From the sequence record MN103543.1: DNA of 40,000 bases. The stretch is one strand, 5' to 3'. The first letter of the stretch is position 1, and each line of letters opens with the position of its first letter. Position numbers and translations under genes: made by a program. The notes under the pieces are model-generated. The model was not told the DNA's origin, ran no database searches, and worked only from the letters and a program-made list of their open reading frames with translations. Source of the DNA: Pseudomonas phage vB_PaeM_PS119XW. Positions 8,453 to 17,844 of the stretch are shown here, in pieces.

Positions 8453-10603
8453 ATGAACCAGTGCAGTATGCCTAACCCGTTCATTCTCCCGGTCGATGAA
8501 TATGCCCGTGACTTGAACATCATTGAAGGATACCTCAATGATCAGGCTCTTTATATCTCGGCAATGACGGGAGATGATTTTGAAACCTGTCTGGAGTTTG
8601 TAAAAGAACAATCTCGTCCTCAAGGTCAATTTGCCTTGAATAATCCAAAAACCTTGGTGGTTGATAAAAACCCCCATGGTGACCGTAGTCTTAAAGAAAC
8701 CACTTTTATGGGTTTTCTTGGACGCGTAGAAAAACAGAATCTTTTGCTGTCGCCGAGTATGACTGTGTATCTCCCAGAATCACAGCGACAGTCTACACAC
8801 TCGCAGTATATTGCTGAAGGTGTTGCTAACCGTAAACGTGTAAAGAAAGAACAAATGCGGCTGGAAGGTGAAGGTACTCCTGAAGCAGCAGAACTTGCCC
8901 AGGTTCGTAAAGGCGAACAAGAGAACTTCAAAATTAACAATAACTCCTATAGTGGAGCAACCGTATCAGCTGCAACAATTCTGTATTACAAGTCGACTCA
9001 CTCCAGTTTGACATCGACCTGCCGTACAGCAACCTCGTATGCTAACGCTAACAACGAGAAGTTCATCACCGGTAACCGTCACTATTATAGTCCGGAAATC
9101 ACCAAGGCTAATCTTCTGTCGATTGCTAACAACACCGACATGAAGAAGCTGAAAGATTGCATCGAACATTTCAACATGCACTATCCGACTCCGGAAGAAG
9201 TGGTTGAGATGGTTCTGTATTCGACTGCGCACTATTGGCAGAACCGTGACTACACCGAACAGATTCGGATGTTGGTTACTGGCTTCACACCACTACAACG
9301 TGCTGCTGTTATGTACGTAGGTGATCTGTATCATACTTACAAACATAACAAAACTTTGATTCGCGGTTTCCTGACTGAGCTTGCTAAAGTAGGTACCGAT
9401 GAACAAAAGGTTACCAAAGAAGTTTACAACACTTACGATGGTGACCTCCAACTGTTGGCTAACTTCATCTGCTTTGACTTGGTTAAAGGTCGTAACTACG
9501 ACAAGCTGAGTAAAGAGTCTCCTGAAGTATTCGACAAGATCTATGCAACAGGTAAGAACATCTCTGATACGCTGTGGAAATACAAGCGTCTTATTGATGC
9601 ACTATTGCTGACCAAGAACGTTCCTTCCAGCATTCATGCTTTCCCAACTGCTTATCGTCGTGCAGCTGTTATTTCCGATACAGACTCGACCATGTTCACG
9701 ATGCAGTATTGGGTAGAAGAGTTCTTTGGTAAGATCACTTTCACTGACGAAGCCAAGCGTCTAGTGTTTGCGTTGGTATTCTTGGTGTCGTGTGTTGTAG
9801 CACACATTCTAGCGATTCAATCGGCTAACATGGGCGTATCGAAAGAGAAGCTCCGCCTGCTCGCTATGAAGAACGAATATTACTTCGCGGTACTTTCCCT
9901 GACCACACGTTCAAAACACTACTACGCGTCTCAAGATGCACAAGAGGGTGTTATGTTTGCTAAAGCACGTATGGAAGTTAAAGGTGTCGGCCTTCGAGAT
10001 TCTAAAGTTCCACCGAAGATTAACAAGACCGCTAAGCGAATGATGGATGATATTATTAAATCCATTAAAGCTGAAACACCTTTAGATCTACCAGCAATGT
10101 TGAAAGAAGTAGCAGATCTGGAAAGAGACATTATCGCATCTGTACGTTCTGGTAAAGCTGAATATCTTACCACTGGTAAGTGTAAGAAAATAGATGCATA
10201 CAAATCTGAAGATAATGCCACTTATGCCAAACATACTTTCTGGAAAGAAGTATGCAGTCCATCCTTTGGTGAGATTGAAGAACCACCTTATAGTTTCGTA
10301 AAGATTTCTGTAACGGTGGACAACAGAACCCGTTTTAACGAATGGGTTGAATCCATCGAAGATAAAGGCTTGGCCATGCGTCTAAAACGCTGGGCTATGG
10401 AAAATAAGAAGACTGGTATTACCAACTTCCATGTTCCAATGTCTGTTGTAGAAAACCGTGGTATCCCAGATGAGATCACACGTGTAGCGGATGTTCGTAC
10501 GATCATCTCCAACACGATGGGTGTCTTCTATCTGATCTTTGAATCTTTGGGTATCTTCCTGATCGATAAAGGTAACACTCGTTTGATTTCCGATTTCTAT
10601 TAA
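8453..10603 (+). CDS. DNA polymerase family B-like, C-terminal-type fragment
   Basis: Motif-B-like KINNNSYSGA and motif-C-like VISDTDSTMF in correct order; no recognisable motif A or 3'-5' exonuclease N-terminus. Confidence 0.75.
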   Translation: MNQCSMPNPFILPVDEYARDLNIIEGYLNDQALYISAMTGDDFETCLEFVKEQSRPQGQFALNNPKTLVVDKNPHGDRSLKETTFMGFLGRVEKQNLLLSPSMTVYLPESQRQSTHSQYIAEGVANRKRVKKEQMRLEGEGTPEAAELAQVRKGEQENFKINNNSYSGATVSAATILYYKSTHSSLTSTCRTATSYANANNEKFITGNRHYYSPEITKANLLSIANNTDMKKLKDCIEHFNMHYPTPEEVVEMVLYSTAHYWQNRDYTEQIRMLVTGFTPLQRAAVMYVGDLYHTYKHNKTLIRGFLTELAKVGTDEQKVTKEVYNTYDGDLQLLANFICFDLVKGRNYDKLSKESPEVFDKIYATGKNISDTLWKYKRLIDALLLTKNVPSSIHAFPTAYRRAAVISDTDSTMFTMQYWVEEFFGKITFTDEAKRLVFALVFLVSCVVAHILAIQSANMGVSKEKLRLLAMKNEYYFAVLSLTTRSKHYYASQDAQEGVMFAKARMEVKGVGLRDSKVPPKINKTAKRMMDDIIKSIKAETPLDLPAMLKEVADLERDIIASVRSGKAEYLTTGKCKKIDAYKSEDNATYAKHTFWKEVCSPSFGEIEEPPYSFVKISVTVDNRTRFNEWVESIEDKGLAMRLKRWAMENKKTGITNFHVPMSVVENRGIPDEITRVADVRTIISNTMGVFYLIFESLGIFLIDKGNTRLISDFY

Positions 10604-10613
10604 GAGGTGAATA

Positions 10614-10778
10614 ATGAGCGATCCTGAATTGAAAATGATCTATGAACGTATGCGTAAATTCACGTTTAATAAAGATGTGGTTATCGTTACAGCCAAGCAA
10701 CCATGTAACGACCGCATAGTCCGTAGTGGTATTGAGTTCAAGGGACCGATCATTATTGATTACATCGGAAAACTTTAA
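10614..10778 (+). CDS. small hypothetical protein, 54 aa (not in supplied ORF track)
   Basis: TAAGAGGTGAATA-ATG then MSDPELKMIYERMRKFTFNKDVVIVTAKQPCNDRIVRSGIEFKGPIIIDYIGKL; directly downstream of the polymerase, followed by a hairpin. Confidence 0.65.
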   Translation: MSDPELKMIYERMRKFTFNKDVVIVTAKQPCNDRIVRSGIEFKGPIIIDYIGKL

Positions 10779-10832
10779 ACCAGAGGAGTCCTTCGGGACT
10801 CCTTTATGTCGTAAATCCACAGATGAGAAAAT

Positions 10833-12002
10833 ATGATGTATAATTCCAATCCAACGCAAAATAAAGAAGTTGTATCTTTTCCTTTCGGTACTTACAATGT
10901 ACTGGATGGTAATCTATGTGGTGAGATTGCTCAACCTGGAGCTAGCCGTTTCGCAAAGATCTGTACACTTGGCTTAGACTACCCCTATATGGAACAAGCA
11001 TTACTGTTGGATTACAACATGTACTGCCATTTTGATGTTGCTCTACGTCAGGCATTCGCTCCGGAAGGCAAACTGATTACAGATTCTTACTCGGGTTATA
11101 CACTTGCAGGATATCTACCGGATGAACTCCAAGAATTAGATGATCTTATCGCTAACTTCATGAAAGAACATGAAGAACTCTCTAAGGATCAACTAGAAAC
11201 TCTTTGGGCTGGCATGACCCTGGTTCGTCGTAGCTGGGTATTGCATGGTACAAGATCGACAACTTCGCAAAGCCAAAGACTATGGACCCAGTACAATAAC
11301 CTGATCAGAAAAAACGGTGAACTACCTGGTACACGACATGAGGCACTTATGAAAAAGATACCCACCTACGATACCGAATGTAATGAAATGCCAAAGTTCG
11401 ATGGTATCGTTACTCCTCCTGAATGGTTGAGTATAAACGACGTTTTCACCAAGGGCTTCAAACCGGGCGAACTCCAAATCATTTCCTCTCCTGTATTGGA
11501 CGACATTCCCAAAACGAATAGCCGTCTCTACATGTACAATAAACTTCGTGAACTAGGACATAACAACATCATGTTGGAATCTACTGATACTGAATCTGAA
11601 ATGTCTACTGACCTTCTGGAACAACACCTGAGCAAAATGGAAACTGTTGAAGCTGAGCCGACCGAAATCGATTCGATCGAATCCCGCATGCGCACCCGCC
11701 GTAAGAAAAAGAAAGGTGCCAAGCGTTCCAAGCATATCACCAACTGTAAGTCCGGTATGGTGAAAGCTTTGATGGGTGGATCTATTTTGGCTAAGCTGAG
11801 TCAGATTCAAACTCAGACCCAAGATGGTATTAAACGTGAGATCCTCAAGAACCATACCTTGAGTTCTTTCGTTGAAACTGTTTCCGGCGAGGCTATCCCT
11901 GAGTATCAGAAACGTCTCCTGGATAAGTTCCAAGAGCGTGCTGATAGTAAACCCCTGAAACCTGTTGAGGAAGTCTCTGTACAGGACGGTGAACAGGTTT
12001 AA
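10833..12002 (+). CDS. hypothetical protein, 389 aa, with a basic cluster RMRTRRKKKKGAKRSK
   Basis: Long ORF. Confidence 0.8.
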   Translation: MMYNSNPTQNKEVVSFPFGTYNVLDGNLCGEIAQPGASRFAKICTLGLDYPYMEQALLLDYNMYCHFDVALRQAFAPEGKLITDSYSGYTLAGYLPDELQELDDLIANFMKEHEELSKDQLETLWAGMTLVRRSWVLHGTRSTTSQSQRLWTQYNNLIRKNGELPGTRHEALMKKIPTYDTECNEMPKFDGIVTPPEWLSINDVFTKGFKPGELQIISSPVLDDIPKTNSRLYMYNKLRELGHNNIMLESTDTESEMSTDLLEQHLSKMETVEAEPTEIDSIESRMRTRRKKKKGAKRSKHITNCKSGMVKALMGGSILAKLSQIQTQTQDGIKREILKNHTLSSFVETVSGEAIPEYQKRLLDKFQERADSKPLKPVEEVSVQDGEQV

Positions 12003-12044
12003 CTTAAACGCCCAGCTTAAGCTGGGCTTTATGTCGAGGTTAAT

Positions 12045-12467
12045 ATGATCCATAACCCAAAGGTTCATGGTCCACTACTCAGGGTTAAGAGTCATTACAA
12101 TTTATCTTCTAATGACTTCGTTGTGACTGGTATGGCTGCACTAGCTGTATCAGTTAGACGGCAGATCGACCCACAACACATCTCTATTTCGATAAAGAAA
12201 GATGTATGGGATAAGCTGATCGCTAAGTACCCTAACCTAAAAGCCGAAACTGTAAAGAACAGTATTCGTAATCAGCGTTACATTCGTTTGTTGTCGGATG
12301 TATATGCTGAGTGTGAAGACGTTCCATCTAAAGATATCAATTGGTATTCTGGTTATCAGTTCCTCAAGGCTAATGTACTGAAGAAAGAACTGATCGGTCT
12401 TCGCGCTGAGGCAACTAAGAAGAAGAATCAAGAGTTCTACGATAAACTCTTGGAACAATTCAAATAA
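12045..12467 (+). CDS. hypothetical protein
   Basis: ORF; GAGG upstream. Confidence 0.75.
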   Translation: MIHNPKVHGPLLRVKSHYNLSSNDFVVTGMAALAVSVRRQIDPQHISISIKKDVWDKLIAKYPNLKAETVKNSIRNQRYIRLLSDVYAECEDVPSKDINWYSGYQFLKANVLKKELIGLRAEATKKKNQEFYDKLLEQFK

Positions 12468-12473
12468 CGACAT

Positions 12474-12515
12474 AAAGCCCCTACCTTCGGGTAGGGGCTG
12501 TTTATTATGTTTTTT
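12474..12515. terminator. bidirectional terminator between convergent genes
   Basis: GCCCCTACC-TTCG-GGTAGGGGC. Confidence 0.75.
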
Positions 12516-13590
12516 TCATTTCTTCAATTAGGATAGCTACATCACGACGTAGCGCTTTAACCATTTCGGTATTACCAGCGGTTTTGAAGACTTGGTCGTT
12601 GGTAGCGTCAATCAGATCGATTAATACTTCGTTCATCTGGGAACGGTCGTAACCTGGGTTCTTCTTAAGCATGGTTACTAGATACTTAATGTACGGTAGA
12701 CGTGCTAAAGTGTAAGCCCATTCGTTTTGATACGTGATAGGTTCCCGAGGAATCTCCATAACTTCGAAAAGATTAGTCTTAACAATAGCAGGAGTAATCC
12801 AAGCTAGACCTTCCAGCTCTATGCCTTTAATAGAGTTCTCAAAGTTTACATTCTCTACGAGCTTATCAACCCGTGGAGTCATGTCAGTTAGATAGAAAGG
12901 ATGAGATACAGGGAAATTCAAACATTTGATACCCTGTGCTTGTCGAGATAACCTATTGAAGTAAGCAACATCTAAATAGCTCTCTACCATGTTGGGGAGG
13001 ACGATACTCCCAACGAAGCGATAGGCATTCTCTAGTTGTTCTACACCACGTTGTTGTTGCCAACGTAACCAATAGCGATATTGAACTAACAGCATTGGAA
13101 TGTTAACTGTGATAACACCGTAACCTTTACCAGCTGTAGTATTATTCATCATTGGAAGATTCACGTCTGTCCGGGTATGATAAAGATATTTAACTGGAGT
13201 CAGATCTCTCCAGCGCTTTCCGAGACCCTCCTTCTCGAACTTCTCATAACTGGCAATAGCGACTTCTTCACAGTTGGGACCTAGTGTAATCCCCTTCTCA
13301 TGAATCTTCCCTCTATTAATAGCTGAGGTAAGACCAAATACGCGTGATAAACCTTTAGCCTGATCTTCAACCTTCTTTGCCCAAGCGGCATCATCAATCT
13401 TCCAGTCGATGATAAAATGTTGAATCATGTTGGCGAAAATATTAGCCGAGCCAACCGCTTTGGGGGCTCGACGGTAATACGTTTTTACATCATTGATCAG
13501 TTCCCGATACGTCCTACGGAGATAGACGATCTTTGGGTCAACTGCTTGCCCTAAGCGCCGCGCTGGGGCGTCCCGGAATAGCATGTACAT
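12505..13590 (-). CDS. hypothetical protein, 361 aa
   Basis: Long ORF. Confidence 0.8.
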   Translation of the reverse strand: MYMLFRDAPARRLGQAVDPKIVYLRRTYRELINDVKTYYRRAPKAVGSANIFANMIQHFIIDWKIDDAAWAKKVEDQAKGLSRVFGLTSAINRGKIHEKGITLGPNCEEVAIASYEKFEKEGLGKRWRDLTPVKYLYHTRTDVNLPMMNNTTAGKGYGVITVNIPMLLVQYRYWLRWQQQRGVEQLENAYRFVGSIVLPNMVESYLDVAYFNRLSRQAQGIKCLNFPVSHPFYLTDMTPRVDKLVENVNFENSIKGIELEGLAWITPAIVKTNLFEVMEIPREPITYQNEWAYTLARLPYIKYLVTMLKKNPGYDRSQMNEVLIDLIDATNDQVFKTAGNTEMVKALRRDVAILIEEMKKT

Positions 13591-13621
13591 GGTTTTCGTC
13601 CATTAGAAATTATTTCAAATC

Positions 13622-13629
13622 TATATCAT
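13622..13629 (+). promoter_or_regulatory. putative promoter TATATCAT
   Basis: ATTTCAAATCTATATCATAG, same context as 3600; 43 nt before ATG 13672. Confidence 0.55.
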
Positions 13630-13671
13630 AGTTTTGATATATTCACCCTAATCAAAGAAAAGGAAATTGTA

Positions 13672-15297
13672 ATGATAAATAAAGCATTGAACAGCACGTC
13701 TTCTTATAAACTTGCTGTTGTCAATAATTCGCTCAGACGTTTCTTCGAGGAAACGATGGGTCGAATTAACACGGATCTTTTCGTGATACATAACCCGAAA
13801 TTTGTTAAAGCCATGTTCGATGAGATTTTGAAAACCCTTCCGGATTTTCATGCACCCACGGACGTTATTAATAATCACATCCGTATTCAGTTCCTTAATA
13901 CTGTTTCTGATCGCGTTAAAGCGATGTCTGAAAATTTCAGTATATTTAAAGAAACATATCAGAAAAGTAATACTGGTATTCTTTTTGAAGACTGGTATTA
14001 CGAGAGACAACGCGAAGGTATCATGTTGGCTCAGTCCGGTAAATACGACGAACTTATTGACAAAGTGGAGAATAGTGAGATGCAATCCAAAGACAAGAAT
14101 ATTGACATTAATCTTGCCGAAGCCATTACTGACTTCATCGCCAGCGTTATACCTACAGAACATCGCATGGATTTCATTGGGTACAACGGCAAGTTCGTTA
14201 AAGAACTGGCAGTTAAAGTAGCTATTGATCTGGATATTCGAAACCTGCCTTCGAACAAGATCCCAACTGTTGGGGAAGTACTGAACTTCCTTAATTCCAA
14301 TTATAGCAAAGCTCTCGATGAACGAGCTATCGTTTATGGGAAATATATTAACTTCTATAAACGTTGCTGTGAAGCCGGCCAGATGAATGGGATGCTGTTT
14401 GAAGATTGGTTGATCTCTACTGGTCGAATGGAGAAAAAGGAAATCAAACACGATAACCCGTACATCGTTGGTCAGTATACTTCGAAAGGTCCGATTAGTT
14501 ACGCGCCCTCCCAGAAAACGAACCAACTCGGTGATGATTTCATTGCTGAAACTCGCCTTCGTTCCGTGCCTTCTATTTTCCGTGGTGGTAATCGGATCAA
14601 TACTGGGTTCGAACATGAAACAGTGAAAAGTTCGTCATACCTGCAAAACCCAGGTCTCACTGATCTCTACTATGCAGAGAGTGATAATAACAATAATGAC
14701 AAACATATAGAAGAGAATACGCATACACTTGATCGGATCTCTACTGCTTTCACGAGTGGTAAACTTTCCCCAGAGGAAGAAGCGCGTGCTGCTATCCATC
14801 GTGAATTCTCTGGTCCTTCTATTGCACAACTTCTTGTTGAAGAGGCTCAGCGTATTAGTGAAACCGCAAATAAAATTAATAAGGAAGGAGGCAATGTAAA
14901 ATCGATGAAGATTGCGGCACTTTCGGCAGATAGTATTCGCCGGGGTGAGTATTTCCGTTCTCCGCTGACTATTGTTTTCTCTTCTATCAAAGATAAGAAG
15001 GAACGAGACTGGGTATTCTCTATCGTCAAGGCGTATGTTCGGGATTGTGTTAAAAACAACACCATCGATCCAGTGACGGCCATTCAAGGTCTTCGCAATT
15101 TGCATTCTTCCTTTATTGAAGATGACAATCGTTTTGATGACACGATGCTCACTCACATGAAAGAGTATTCTTCGGCGATTGCGCAATACGCTGATCAACT
15201 CAGTAAAGTTGTGAACATTAAGAGTGCGAAGGAAATCTACAGTAAGTTGAAAGACCACTTGGATGATCTTGAAGACCTCCTGTCTGACGAGAAATAA
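13672..15297 (+). CDS. hypothetical protein, 541 aa
   Basis: Long ORF. Confidence 0.85.
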   Translation: MINKALNSTSSYKLAVVNNSLRRFFEETMGRINTDLFVIHNPKFVKAMFDEILKTLPDFHAPTDVINNHIRIQFLNTVSDRVKAMSENFSIFKETYQKSNTGILFEDWYYERQREGIMLAQSGKYDELIDKVENSEMQSKDKNIDINLAEAITDFIASVIPTEHRMDFIGYNGKFVKELAVKVAIDLDIRNLPSNKIPTVGEVLNFLNSNYSKALDERAIVYGKYINFYKRCCEAGQMNGMLFEDWLISTGRMEKKEIKHDNPYIVGQYTSKGPISYAPSQKTNQLGDDFIAETRLRSVPSIFRGGNRINTGFEHETVKSSSYLQNPGLTDLYYAESDNNNNDKHIEENTHTLDRISTAFTSGKLSPEEEARAAIHREFSGPSIAQLLVEEAQRISETANKINKEGGNVKSMKIAALSADSIRRGEYFRSPLTIVFSSIKDKKERDWVFSIVKAYVRDCVKNNTIDPVTAIQGLRNLHSSFIEDDNRFDDTMLTHMKEYSSAIAQYADQLSKVVNIKSAKEIYSKLKDHLDDLEDLLSDEK

Positions 15298-15309
15298 GAA
15301 AAGAAATAC

Positions 15310-15430
15310 TGGGGCTAGTTATTTAATACAGGAAATGACCGTGAGGTCCTGACCTGCTATTTGAGCTATGCCCCAGATCACTGCATACTGAAGTTTGAAT
15401 CTTAAGGAAACAAATATGTAATACAGTATG
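15310..15430 (+). ncRNA. candidate structured RNA element / 5' leader upstream of the ChmA-like gene
   Basis: Closing stem CTGGGGCTAG (15310-15319) with CTA-t-GCCCCAG (15366-15376), inner GACC-GTGA-GGTC (15338-15349, GNRA loop), then CATACTG/CAGTATG (15384-15390/15424-15430). Confidence 0.5.
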
Positions 15431-15510
15431 TGAAGACTGAATGTCCTCAAATGACCTTGCTTTTATAGCGGGTCCTCCGGTCTATATTGCATTAAAAAAA
15501 ATCTGAGATC

Positions 15511-15518
15511 TATATAAC
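15511..15518 (+). promoter_or_regulatory. putative early-type promoter TATATAAC
   Basis: GAGATCTATATAACAG, 70 nt upstream of ATG 15588. Confidence 0.6.
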
Positions 15519-15587
15519 AGTTTTGAATCCAATACACTGTTGGATCTCATTCTTGATCAAGAAACGTTACAAACATAGGAACAAATC

Positions 15588-17453
15588 ATGATTCGTGATA
15601 CCGAAACTCAAAACACTCAAGCTCAAGCCAACAACGCTCCGGCTCAAGCTACTCCGCGCGCACAACAGGAAGCTCCTCGTATGCAACAAGCTGCACCTCA
15701 AGCTCTGCAAGGCGGTATTTCCGGCCTGCCGAACATGTTCAAACGTTCCGGTCGTACTGATGGCGGCGACGCCCGTGCGAGCGAAGCGCTGCAAGTAATG
15801 ACCCGCGTTGGCAAAGATGCCATCGACCATCAAGACCTGGAAAACGATTTCCAGATTCTGCGTTTCGACCGTGATGCCAACCGTGTTGGCTACTCCGCGC
15901 TGCTGATCGTCAAGCACGCTGCTGGTGGTAACGGTATCATCGTAGTTCGTCCGCTGATCATGCCGAACCCGGCAATCACCCTGCCTCCGCGTCAGGTTAC
16001 CATTCAGAACGGCATGAGCCACGATCGCTTCGATGTAGACGTCGAAGTACAAGACGTATTCACCGTTCAGTACTGGAACCGCATCTGCGAATTCGTTCGT
16101 CAGACCACCGGTCGTCCGAAGGCTGAAGTACACCCGGCTGGCCCGCTGCCGATCCCGGCTGAATTCGATCTGAAAGACGAAGTCCTGCTGAAAGACATTC
16201 TGATCCGTTCCGTCAACCTGTGTGACGACGTTCTGGCTAAGAAAGCTGGCGAGACTCCGTTCCAGATCGCAATGCTGCGCGGCCAAGATGAAACCCTGGC
16301 TGCCAAGATGGACTTCTCCGGTCGTCCGGTAATGGACAGCGTCGGTAACCCGATCAAGTCCGATATCGTGATCAGCCTGAACCGTACCAAGAAACAAGGT
16401 CAACAAGAGAACGAGTTCTACGAAGCAGACACCATGCTGAACCAGGTGTCGGTACAAGTAACCCTGGAGTACACCCCCACTCCGCAAGCCCAGATGTTCG
16501 GTCAACAGACCCAACCGCTGCCGCCGTTCTCCCCGGCGATCCTGGTAACCGACATTCGTCAGGCCAACTGGATCAAGGCAAACACTCTGGAACTGTACCT
16601 CTTCGCTCTGTCGAACGCCTTCCGCGTAACCGCTGGCCAGGCTTGGGCTCGTAAGTTCCTGCCTCAAGTTGGTAAAGTTAAAGACCTGGGTGACATCGGT
16701 GCTCTGGGTTGGCTGTCCAACCTGGGTAAGAAGATCGATACCAAGTCCGATACCTTCACCGATCAGAACTTCGCTGATCTGATGCTGAGCATGGTTCGTC
16801 CGAACCCGTCCTTCCTGATCGATCTGGATCGCATGGGCGACAACGCAGCACTGGACGTAATCTTCCTGGATGCCATGGGTGGCCCGAACCAACAGAAAGC
16901 TACTGCCGCGATCATTCGCGCTGTACAGAACCTGGTTGGTGGTGGCTTCGAGCGCTTCTTCGACTTCAACACTCAGCCGATCATTGCATCGACTGGCACT
17001 GAAGTGAACAAGGGCTACTACTGGGATGGCGACGAGAAACGTGACCGTCGTGACCTGGATGCACTGGGTGCACTGAACGCTGCTGAGGGCAACCAACAAG
17101 AGTGGATGTCCTGGTACGGTACTCAATGCAACCCGAACATCCATCCGGAACTGCGTAACAAGCAATCCAAGAACTACGACCGTGCGTTCCTGGGTGCTGT
17201 AACCTACACCACTCGTGCACATCGTGGTATCTTCAACCCGAAGTTCATCGAGGGTCTGGATAAGGCGATTGCTGCTGCTGGTCTGACTGTAGCAATGGAC
17301 AACGTTGCACAGGTCTTCGGTGCTCAGCGCTTCGTTGGCAACACCATGATCCAAGACTTCGCTGTCGGTTCTACCGCACAGGTTGTCAACGGCATGGGCG
17401 TTGGTGGCGGCTACCAGATGAACATGGTAGGTTCGGTTGGTACTCTGTACTAA
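15588..17453 (+). CDS. tentative phage-nucleus shell protein (chimallin/ChmA-like); alternative: major capsid or another abundant protein
   Basis: 621 aa, close to known ChmA sizes; strong C-ending codon bias implying very high expression; early-type promoter; position just before an RNAP subunit gene and far from any portal/protease gene; low-complexity N-terminus and Gly/Val/Gln-rich C-terminal tail. Confidence 0.5.
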   Translation: MIRDTETQNTQAQANNAPAQATPRAQQEAPRMQQAAPQALQGGISGLPNMFKRSGRTDGGDARASEALQVMTRVGKDAIDHQDLENDFQILRFDRDANRVGYSALLIVKHAAGGNGIIVVRPLIMPNPAITLPPRQVTIQNGMSHDRFDVDVEVQDVFTVQYWNRICEFVRQTTGRPKAEVHPAGPLPIPAEFDLKDEVLLKDILIRSVNLCDDVLAKKAGETPFQIAMLRGQDETLAAKMDFSGRPVMDSVGNPIKSDIVISLNRTKKQGQQENEFYEADTMLNQVSVQVTLEYTPTPQAQMFGQQTQPLPPFSPAILVTDIRQANWIKANTLELYLFALSNAFRVTAGQAWARKFLPQVGKVKDLGDIGALGWLSNLGKKIDTKSDTFTDQNFADLMLSMVRPNPSFLIDLDRMGDNAALDVIFLDAMGGPNQQKATAAIIRAVQNLVGGGFERFFDFNTQPIIASTGTEVNKGYYWDGDEKRDRRDLDALGALNAAEGNQQEWMSWYGTQCNPNIHPELRNKQSKNYDRAFLGAVTYTTRAHRGIFNPKFIEGLDKAIAAAGLTVAMDNVAQVFGAQRFVGNTMIQDFAVGSTAQVVNGMGVGGGYQMNMVGSVGTLY

Positions 17454-17469
17454 GAAACAACTCCCCCGG

Positions 17470-17803
17470 TTGATAGGGGTGTCAGAAGGCTGGCATCCCG
17501 ATTCAAATACTGCGACCCTGGTTCACTTCGGTGATAACGGTTAGGAGTAGGTTCCGCGAAGTAATCGACTAGTGGGCGTAAAGTCTAGGTCGACCTCTCG
17601 CTACACGGGTCGTGAGTGATCACTTAACCGAAAGGAGTTACTCTTGGGTAACGTGTGATCAAACAACGATGGATGGTAAAAGGTCCTAGTGCCAGAGTGC
17701 TACAGAGAAGAGCGGAGGTTAAGCTTTGTAGACGACGCTAGATCGTGCCAGGCTCCGTTGGTGGTCCATCGATAGTAGATAAGGCGGCTCCTTCGGGAGC
17801 CGC
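17470..17803 (+). ncRNA. candidate large structured non-coding RNA
   Basis: Multiple perfect helices: 17476-17485/17490-17499, 17523-17526/17531-17534 with C(UUCG)G loop, 17538-17543/17625-17630, 17565-17572/17585-17593, 17617-17623/17655-17661, 17637-17641/17648-17652, 17667-17673/17765-17771, 17711-17717/17753-17759; ends at a strong terminator; no credible ORF. Confidence 0.75.
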
Positions 17804-17820
17804 TTCTATCTCCTTTTTTT
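17777..17820 (+). terminator. intrinsic terminator closing the structured intergenic RNA
   Basis: GCGGCTCC-TTCG-GGAGCCGC, flanked by AGATA/TATCT, then CCTTTTTTT. Confidence 0.9.
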
Positions 17821-17844
17821 GTCGAGACATAATAGGAAGTAGGT

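Noticed and set aside
15567-17354. 595-aa minus-strand ORF
   Set aside because: Fully antisense to the strongly codon-biased 621-aa gene; low-complexity composition typical of antisense artefacts.
15588-17453. Firm assignment as major capsid protein
   Set aside because: Size, promoter type, neighbourhood and lack of adjacent head genes fit a nucleus shell protein better, but neither can be proven without a search.
17560-17725. Resemblance of GGGCGUAAAGUC and AGUGCUACAGAGA to RNase P conserved regions
   Set aside because: Only short matches with no convincing CR-IV or CR-V (CAGAAnCCGGCUUAU) and wrong overall arrangement; kept as an unclassified structured RNA.
17454-17820. Second group I intron next to the first
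   Set aside because: CGACUAG...CUAGGUC is suggestive, but there is no GUUCAACGACUA/AAGAUAUAGUC pair, no P1/IGS logic, and the upstream ORF ends normally at 17453.
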